A stretch of 32,000 nucleotides of DNA from Kofleriaceae bacterium (GTDB taxonomy: Bacteria; Myxococcota_A; Polyangia; Haliangiales; Haliangiaceae), in contig DATJXL010000090.1 in the NCBI GenBank assembly GCA_035500135.1, forward strand, positions 647-32,646, written 5' to 3'. Shown piece by piece: positions 26,499-32,000 of this stretch; position 1 is the stretch's first letter; every line of letters begins with the position of its first letter. The notes below the pieces were generated by a model. That model was given only the letters and a program-made list of their open reading frames with translations, was not told the DNA's origin and searched no databases. Made by a program: the position numbers and the translations under genes.

Positions 26499-26819
26499 GT
26501 GCCGGCGGGCACGTATCACCTCGTCCTCGACGCGGTGATCACGGGCTCGGTCGACGTCACGTTCGATCTGATCTGGCGGCGCAGCACGACCGACATGGAG
26601 CTCGCGAACTGGACCGAGCACTACGACCCGCTCGGCGGCGGCAACTACGACGCCCAGCCGTTCGAGTACGACGAAGACGCGATGGCGATCGACTGGAAGA
26701 GCGGCGACCAGCTCGTGTTCCGCTACACCGGCGCGAACGCGACCGTCAACGAGGCGTACATCCCGAACGGCGACGGCGTGAACTCGAAGGGCCGCGATCC
26801 GAACATCACTCTTCCGTGA
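26499..26819 (+). CDS. Hypothetical beta-rich domain protein, with no signal peptide of its own if started here
   Basis: GTG 26499 is the only start candidate in this frame after the TGA, and it has no spaced SD. A coding-like frame already runs from 26442 (APGVGAGGSEEAAYTLKAG-VPAGTYHLVLDAV...). Confidence 0.5.
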   Translation: MPAGTYHLVLDAVITGSVDVTFDLIWRRSTTDMELANWTEHYDPLGGGNYDAQPFEYDEDAMAIDWKSGDQLVFRYTGANATVNEAYIPNGDGVNSKGRDPNITLP

Positions 26820-28035
26820 AGTCGAGGTCGACGCCGAACGACTCCTTGAGCGCGAACAGGCCGGCGAACGCGAGCACGAGCACGACCGCGCCGACCGCGA
26901 TCGCCGACTGCACGGTGCCGGTCCACACCGCGAGCAGGACCGGGACCGATCCGCGCACGAAGTTCGGCACGGTCGTGGTCACGGTCGCGCGCAGGTTCGT
27001 GCCGAACAGCTCGGCGGCGGTCGACACGAACACCGCCCAGTAGCCGCTCGCGAACCCGATGAACGCGCACAGCGCGTACATGACCTCGGTCGAGGTGCCG
27101 CCGAGCGTGAAGTAGAGGACGAGCGAGAGCGCGGTGAGGCCGAGGAACGTCGCGAGCGCGCGGCGCCGCGAGTGCAGCTTCTGGCTGAGCAGGCCGGACG
27201 CGAGCCCGCCGATCGTGCACGCGCCGTAGCAGAAGAACGTCGCGGTCGCGGGATTCGGCGGCGGCTGAAGGCCGAGCGCGCCGCCGAGCTCCTTGGACGC
27301 CGACACCGGGATCGCGATCACGAACCAGATCGGAACACCGACGAGGATCACGGCGATGTAGCGCACGAACCGCTTGCCGCTCGTGAACAGCGCGAGGAAG
27401 TTGCCGCGCGACACGGCCTTGTCGCGCACGGCGTGGAACATGCCCGACTCGACGACGCCGATGCGCAGGATCAGGAGCACGAGCCCGAGGCCGCCGCCGA
27501 CGAAGTACGCGACGCGCCAGCTCGGGTGCGGCACGTCGGGGAACGCGCCGCCGATCAGGCCGGCGAGGATCCCTCCCGAGACCCCGAGCGCGGCGACCAC
27601 GGTCGTGCCGTAGCCGCGGCTGTCCTTGCCCATGAGCTCGCTGACGAGCGTGATGCCGGCGCCGAGCTCGCCGGCGAGGCCGATGCCGGCGATCAAGCGC
27701 CACACGCCGTACGCGTCCAGCGAGTGCACCATGCCGTTCGCGATGTTCGCGATCGAGTACAGCGTGATCGACCCGAACAGCACGCTCAGGCGCCCGCGCT
27801 TGTCGCCGATCACGCCCCACAGGATGCCGCCGGCGAGCATCCCCCACATCTGCATCGACAGCATGTGCTTGAACTCGGCGAGCTGCTGATCGGGCGCCAC
27901 GCCGAGCTCGGTCAAGCTCGGCACCCGCACCATGCTGAACAGGATCAGATCGTAGATGTCGACGAAGTAGCCGAGCGCGGCGACGATGACGGCGAGCGTC
28001 GCGGCGCGCTTGGCGGTGACTGCGGTCGAAACCAC
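26806..28035 (-). CDS. MFS transporter
   Basis: About 12 hydrophobic segments. It has the MFS loop 2-3 motif GVIGDKRGRLSV. 409 aa. Its 3' end overlaps the convergent ORF by 14 nt. Confidence 0.9.
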   Translation of the reverse strand: MVSTAVTAKRAATLAVIVAALGYFVDIYDLILFSMVRVPSLTELGVAPDQQLAEFKHMLSMQMWGMLAGGILWGVIGDKRGRLSVLFGSITLYSIANIANGMVHSLDAYGVWRLIAGIGLAGELGAGITLVSELMGKDSRGYGTTVVAALGVSGGILAGLIGGAFPDVPHPSWRVAYFVGGGLGLVLLILRIGVVESGMFHAVRDKAVSRGNFLALFTSGKRFVRYIAVILVGVPIWFVIAIPVSASKELGGALGLQPPPNPATATFFCYGACTIGGLASGLLSQKLHSRRRALATFLGLTALSLVLYFTLGGTSTEVMYALCAFIGFASGYWAVFVSTAAELFGTNLRATVTTTVPNFVRGSVPVLLAVWTGTVQSAIAVGAVVLVLAFAGLFALKESFGVDLDFTEE

Positions 28036-28049
28036 GGCCCGAGTTTACG

Positions 28050-28059
28050 CGTTATAACG
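28050..28059. promoter_or_regulatory. Perfect 10-bp palindrome CGTTATAACG in a 28-bp divergent intergenic region
   Basis: Read directly. It is AT-rich and lies between the MFS start (28035, minus strand) and ATG 28064. It contains a TATAAC -10-like hexamer. Confidence 0.25.
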
Positions 28060-28063
28060 AGGC

Positions 28064-29956
28064 ATGAGGCAAGCGCTCGCGCTCCTGCTCGTCGTCGCGC
28101 TCGGCGGATCGGCGCGCGCCGACGAGCACCGCTCGTGGGTCAAGCAGATCCCCGATGCCGCGACCTGGAAGACGTACTCCAAGACGGTCGGCTCCGACGA
28201 GCTCGGCAAGTGCATCATCGACATCCACACCAACGACATCTACTTCTTCGACGTCAACCTGTTCGAGATCCACGCCGACTTCGTGCTCGGCGTGCTGCTC
28301 AAGCAGGCGTGGACGCGCGAGAACATCATCGAATACAACAAGAACTACGAGCGCGTGAAGCCGCGCTTCATCCTCTGCTACCTCACGCACCATCTCAAAG
28401 TCGATCGCTGGACGTTCTCGTTCTGGGAAGGCGACAAGATCGATCCCGACGGCGTCGTGCGCGTCAAGAAGCGGCTCGAGCCGAGCTTCTTCATCAAGAG
28501 GCTCGCGTTCCGGCCCGACTCGCCGATGCAGCAGAAGGTCGCGCTCGAGGTGAGAAGGCGCGGGCTCGAGACCGTCACGAACGACGAGATCTACAAGGCC
28601 GCCGAGGTCCAGGCGTTCACGAAGGGCCGCGCGGTCGGCAAGCTGCACGTCGTCCCGCTCGGCACGCCGTACGAGTCGCTGACGTTCGATCGCCACGACA
28701 TCGCGCTGCTGCAGGAGAGCTACCCCGACATCACGCCGGTCGCCGGCATCATCGCGACGCAGTTCTCGACGCCGCTGTCGCACGTGAACCTGCGCGCCGG
28801 CGCGTGGGGCATCCCGAACGCGGGCGACAAGAAGGCGCGCGAAAAGTACGGCGCGCTCGACGGCAAGGTCGTCTATTACGAGGTCACGGATACCGCGATC
28901 ACGTTGCGCGAGGCGACGCCCGACGAGATCCGCGAGCTCGAAGGCAAGATCGCCGCGGCCAAGCACGTCGAGCTGCCGGCCGCGAACCTGACGAACCGGC
29001 GGTTCGCGATGCTGACGCGCATGCGCGCGAAGGACGTCGTCGTGTTCGGCACGAAGGCGTCGAACCTGGGCGAGATCGTGACCGCGAACCTGCCCGGCGT
29101 GCGCGTGCCGATGGGCTTCGGCGTGCCGTTCTTCTACTACGACCAGCACATGCGCCAGAACCACCTGCTCGACAAGCGCGACGCGATGCTCGCCGATCCG
29201 CGGTGGAAGACCGACGCGGCCTGGCGCCGGGCCGCGCTCGACGACATGCGCAAGGCGGTGATGGACGCGCCGATCGATCCGGCGACGCTCGACGCGATCT
29301 ACAAGCGCGTGCGCGTCGAGCTCGGCGGCAAGGGCGTGTTCGTGCGCAGCTCGTCGAACTCCGAGGACCTGCCGGGCTTCAACGGCGCGGGGCTCTACGA
29401 CACCGTCGGCAACGTGCGCGGCGAGAAGGCGCTCGGCGACGCGCTCAGGTACGTGTGGGCGTCGCTGTGGAACCTGCGCGCGGTCGAGGAGCGCGAGGCG
29501 TTCGGCATCGACCACAAGCAGGTGTACATGGGCGTGCTCGTGCAGATCGGCATCAACGCGACCGCGGCCGGCGTGCTGGTGACGAAGGATCTATTGGACA
29601 CGACCGACAAGAACGGGTTCACGATCAACGCGAAGTGGGGCCTCGGCGAGCGCGTCGTGCAGGGCCAGAAATCACCCGAGCAGGTGATCTTCGATCCGAC
29701 CAACGACGGCACGAAGATCATCACGCGCACCGACGATCCGATCCGGCTCGTGTTCGACGACTCCGGCGGGACCAAGGAGATCCCGGTCGATCCGGCGGCC
29801 GGCGTGATCTTGAGCGAGGAACGTGCGAAGAAGCTGTGCACGATGGTGCTGAGCTTCGTGCCCGTGTTCGCGAAGGGCGTCCCGCTCGATGTCGAGTGGG
29901 TGCTCGAAGGCGAGGACTTCTGGATCGTGCAGGCGAGGCCGTATGTCGGGCAGTAA
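28064..29956 (+). CDS. PEP-synthase/PPDK-like protein: signal peptide, unknown N-domain, phospho-His swivel domain, then ATP-grasp (PPDK_N) domain
   Basis: Signal MRQALALLLVVALGGSARA-DE. Swivel-domain motif GIIATQFSTPLSHVNLRAGAWGIPNAG. PPDK_N-like segments FGTKASNLGEI, VRSSSNSEDLPGFNGAGLYDTV, WGLGERVVQG and DVEWVLEGEDFWIVQARP are collinear with the E. coli PpsA N-terminus. Confidence 0.85.
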   Translation: MRQALALLLVVALGGSARADEHRSWVKQIPDAATWKTYSKTVGSDELGKCIIDIHTNDIYFFDVNLFEIHADFVLGVLLKQAWTRENIIEYNKNYERVKPRFILCYLTHHLKVDRWTFSFWEGDKIDPDGVVRVKKRLEPSFFIKRLAFRPDSPMQQKVALEVRRRGLETVTNDEIYKAAEVQAFTKGRAVGKLHVVPLGTPYESLTFDRHDIALLQESYPDITPVAGIIATQFSTPLSHVNLRAGAWGIPNAGDKKAREKYGALDGKVVYYEVTDTAITLREATPDEIRELEGKIAAAKHVELPAANLTNRRFAMLTRMRAKDVVVFGTKASNLGEIVTANLPGVRVPMGFGVPFFYYDQHMRQNHLLDKRDAMLADPRWKTDAAWRRAALDDMRKAVMDAPIDPATLDAIYKRVRVELGGKGVFVRSSSNSEDLPGFNGAGLYDTVGNVRGEKALGDALRYVWASLWNLRAVEEREAFGIDHKQVYMGVLVQIGINATAAGVLVTKDLLDTTDKNGFTINAKWGLGERVVQGQKSPEQVIFDPTNDGTKIITRTDDPIRLVFDDSGGTKEIPVDPAAGVILSEERAKKLCTMVLSFVPVFAKGVPLDVEWVLEGEDFWIVQARPYVGQ

Positions 29957-30398
29957 GTGGATCGCGATCGCGGTGATGGCGCTTGCCGCGTGCGAGCTCG
30001 AGCCGGCGCCGAAGAAGCAGGCGGCCGCGGAGACGGGATCGGCTGCGGCGCCGGCTGCGGGATCGGCTGCAGGATCGGCCGCGGCGCCGGCTGCAGGATC
30101 GGCTGCGGCGCCGGCTGCAGGATCGGCTGCAGGATCGGCTGCGGCGGCTGACGTGACCGACGCGTGCATGCAGGTCGGCGTTCACTTCGCGGAGGTCTGG
30201 ATCGACGAGGCGCAGAACGCGCAGGATCGCGCCGCGCTCGAGCACGAGCGCACGTTGCTCGTGCGGAGGACCGCGGTCGCGTGCACGAAGGCGGGCTGGA
30301 GCGAGGAGGCGCGCACGTGCGTGGAGCACGCGAAGACGCGCGCCGAGATCTCCGCGTGCGAGAAGAAGATCGTCGGAGGAGCCGGATCCGGTCACTGA
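29943..30398 (+). CDS. Lipoprotein with Gly-Ser-Ala-Pro tandem-repeat linker and 4-Cys C-terminal domain
   Basis: ATG 29943 gives MSGSKWIAIAVMALAAC, a lipobox. It overlaps the upstream gene by 14 nt. The repeat linker is GSAAAPAA/GSAA. The C-terminal helical domain has four Cys. Confidence 0.65.
   Translation: MSGSKWIAIAVMALAACELEPAPKKQAAAETGSAAAPAAGSAAGSAAAPAAGSAAAPAAGSAAGSAAAADVTDACMQVGVHFAEVWIDEAQNAQDRAALEHERTLLVRRTAVACTKAGWSEEARTCVEHAKTRAEISACEKKIVGGAGSGH
30036..30146 (+). repeat. In-frame tandem repeat of 24-nt and 12-nt units (GGATCGGCTGCGGCGCCGGCTGCR / GGATCGGCTGCA)
   Basis: Units are at 30036-30059, 30060-30071, 30072-30095, 30096-30119 and 30120-30131, with a partial unit from 30132. 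They are nearly identical at the DNA level. Confidence 0.9.
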
Positions 30399-31246
30399 CG
30401 TGGCTCGCCGTCGTCGCCGGCTGCGGGCACGTCGACTTCGACCCGGCCGCGTGCACGGCGTTCGGCCCGTGGTCGAGCCCGACGCCGCTCGCGCCCGCGA
30501 TCAACAGCTCCGCGCGGAACTGGGGCGGCCAGATCACGCCCGACGGGCTCGCGCTCTATTATTCGGCGAAGACGGCGAACGGCCAGCGCACGTTCGTCGC
30601 CGAGCGCGCTTCGCGCGCCGACCCGTTCGCATCCAGTCAGCCGACGAACGTGGCGATCGCCGCGAGCGATGACGACGACGACCCGTCGCTCACCGGCGAC
30701 CAGCTCGAGATGTGGTTCGATCGGACGACGCCAGCCAGTGCCGGACGGTTGTACTCGACGGCGCGCACCGCGATCGGGCAGGCGTGGAGCGACCCGATCT
30801 TGCAGGATGGCGTCGACAACAACGCGGTGACCGACGCGCCGTGGATCGCGCTCGACGGGCTGAGCGTGTATTACACCGACGTCGACTCGTACACGATCAG
30901 GGTGCAGACGCGCGCGTCGCGCTCGGATACGTTCACGGGCGGCGGTCAGCTCGTCCCGCTCGGGATCGCTGCGAATGTCGGCACGGCCTGGCTGTCGGCC
31001 GACCAGCTCGCGATCACGTTCCAGGCCACGACCGGGGCTGGCGGGACGAACCAGCTCTGGGACGCCGAACGCCAGACGATCGCCGACGGTTTCGGCGCGC
31101 CGACCCAGATCGCGGGGATCGGCGCCCCCGGTGCGGACGACGTCGACGCCTCGCTCACCGAGGATGGCCTCGAGCTGTACTTCGCGTCGAACCGCTCCGA
31201 CGGCATGACGTTCGAGATCTATGTCGCGACGCGCACGTGCAAGTAG
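30356..31246 (+). CDS. Lipoprotein with TolB-like PD40 beta-propeller repeats
   Basis: Lipobox LAVVAGC. Repeated motifs of the type ITPDGLALYYSA, LTGDQLEMWFDR, IALDGLSVYYTD, LSADQLAITFQA and LTEDGLELYFASNRSDG..FEIYVATR. The start is uncertain: GTG 30356 is chosen and overlaps the upstream gene, and CTG 30395 is an alternative. Confidence 0.6.
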   Translation: MREEDRRRSRIRSLTWLAVVAGCGHVDFDPAACTAFGPWSSPTPLAPAINSSARNWGGQITPDGLALYYSAKTANGQRTFVAERASRADPFASSQPTNVAIAASDDDDDPSLTGDQLEMWFDRTTPASAGRLYSTARTAIGQAWSDPILQDGVDNNAVTDAPWIALDGLSVYYTDVDSYTIRVQTRASRSDTFTGGGQLVPLGIAANVGTAWLSADQLAITFQATTGAGGTNQLWDAERQTIADGFGAPTQIAGIGAPGADDVDASLTEDGLELYFASNRSDGMTFEIYVATRTCK

Positions 31247-31252
31247 CGCCGG

Positions 31253-32000
31253 TCAGCCGATCCGGCTCGCGAGCGGCGAGCGATAGCTCGCGTCGGCGGC
31301 GCGGCGCGCGCGTTCGCCGAGCCCGCGGCACACGGCCGAGGCCAGACCCGGCACGTCGTCGACGAGCTCCTCGAAGTCGACGCGCTCGAGGCGGATCACG
31401 CGCGCGGCCCGCACGACGACGAGATCGGCCGACGCGGCGAGCGGCGCGACGCAGGCGAGCTCGTCGACGACGTCGCCTTTGCCGAACGTGCGGTCGCCCA
31501 TGCGCAGCTCGCCGTCGTCGACCGCGATCAGCGCGTCGATCGGATCGCCCGCCGAGACGACGACCGTGCCTTCGCGCGCGGTGACCCAGCGGGCGCGTTC
31601 GGCGACGTCGGCGAGCTGGCGCGTCGTCAACGACGCGAGCAGCGGCACGCGCCCGAGGGCGATCAGCGTTTCGACGCGAGTGGGCATGTCGGCTCCTTCG
31701 GTTTCGGCAGGCTCGGGCTCGGAGATGGCTTCGGTGAGGCGGCGCACGAGATCGGCGGGGCTGGCGGAGAGCGCCTCGGCGTGTGCGGCGCGCGCGATCG
31801 TCTCGCGGTGCGCGCCGCGGCCGCCTTCGCCGAGCGCGTGGAGGACGAGCGCGCGAGCCAGTCGATCGCGGCCCGCGAGCTCGCCGCGGATCGCGGCCTC
31901 GCGGGTCGGCGGCGTGCCGCCAGCCGCCGCGATCGCGGCCGCGCGATCGGCCGGGGCGATCGCGTCGACGACCTCGACGAGCCTGCCGACGAGCGGGCGC
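31253..32000 (-). CDS. Cyclic-nucleotide-binding domain protein with helical (HEAT-like) N-terminal region. The 5' end is outside the window.
   Basis: I translated the minus frame by hand and it stays open from 31747 to 31999 with no stop. The cNMP-binding-like segment is VPLLASLTTRQLADVAERARWVTAREGTVVVSAGDPIDALIAVDDGELRMGDRTFGKGDVVDELA. Confidence 0.65.
   Translation of the reverse strand, partial: RPLVGRLVEVVDAIAPADRAAAIAAAGGTPPTREAAIRGELAGRDRLARALVLHALGEGGRGAHRETIARAAHAEALSASPADLVRRLTEAISEPEPAETEGADMPTRVETLIALGRVPLLASLTTRQLADVAERARWVTAREGTVVVSAGDPIDALIAVDDGELRMGDRTFGKGDVVDELACVAPLAASADLVVVRAARVIRLERVDFEELVDDVPGLASAVCRGLGERARRAADASYRSPLASRIG

Noticed and set aside
27172-29976. 934-aa plus-strand ORF and the 487-aa minus-strand ORF 28052..29515
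   Set aside because: Both overlap the MFS transporter and the dikinase-like gene, which have strong family motifs. Their translations are Arg/Asp/Ala-rich shadows.
30036-30146. CRISPR-like regular repeats
   Set aside because: The units are directly adjacent with no spacers, are 12-24 nt long, are in frame, and encode a Gly/Ser/Ala/Pro linker inside a lipoprotein gene. No cas genes are nearby.

Overview
This is a very GC-rich bacterial chromosomal segment, judged by eye and not computed. It is gene-dense, with about 32 protein-coding genes on both strands and high third-position GC in the real frames. I recognised no rRNA, tRNA, CRISPR array, transposase or integrase. The source is probably a myxobacterium. 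A secreted S53-type peptidase ends in a MYXO-CTERM-like sorting tail, lipoprotein signal peptides are abundant, and there is a strong sigma54-type promoter. Confidently recognisable genes are ttcA, asnS, a NUDIX hydrolase, a Pth2-type peptidyl-tRNA hydrolase, a beta-class-like GST, an octaheme c-type cytochrome lipoprotein, a ClC channel with a CBS pair, a GH15 glycosidase, a TPP enzyme of the acetolactate-synthase family, a fatty-acid hydroxylase/sterol desaturase family membrane protein, an AraC regulator, an MFS transporter and a SAM methyltransferase. The most unusual region is 20.8-26.8 kb. An AT-richer regulatory region carries a near-consensus sigma54 -24/-12 element, an IHF-like site and two perfect palindromes. 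It precedes a tightly packed operon of exported proteins of unknown function: two CxxCH-containing lipoproteins, a Cys-rich lipoprotein and a Tat-signal protein. These look like a split, diverged version of the uncharacterised Planctomycete-type PSCyt/DUF1592-1588-1585 plus DUF1552 pairing. An exported methyltransferase and a lipoprotein ORF interrupted by an in-frame TGA follow. A second oddity at 28.06-31.25 kb is a signal-peptide-bearing, domain-permuted PEP-synthase-like dikinase homolog that overlaps two lipoprotein genes. The many very long Arg/Ala/Pro-rich ORFs in the six-frame track are shadow ORFs typical of high-GC DNA and were rejected.
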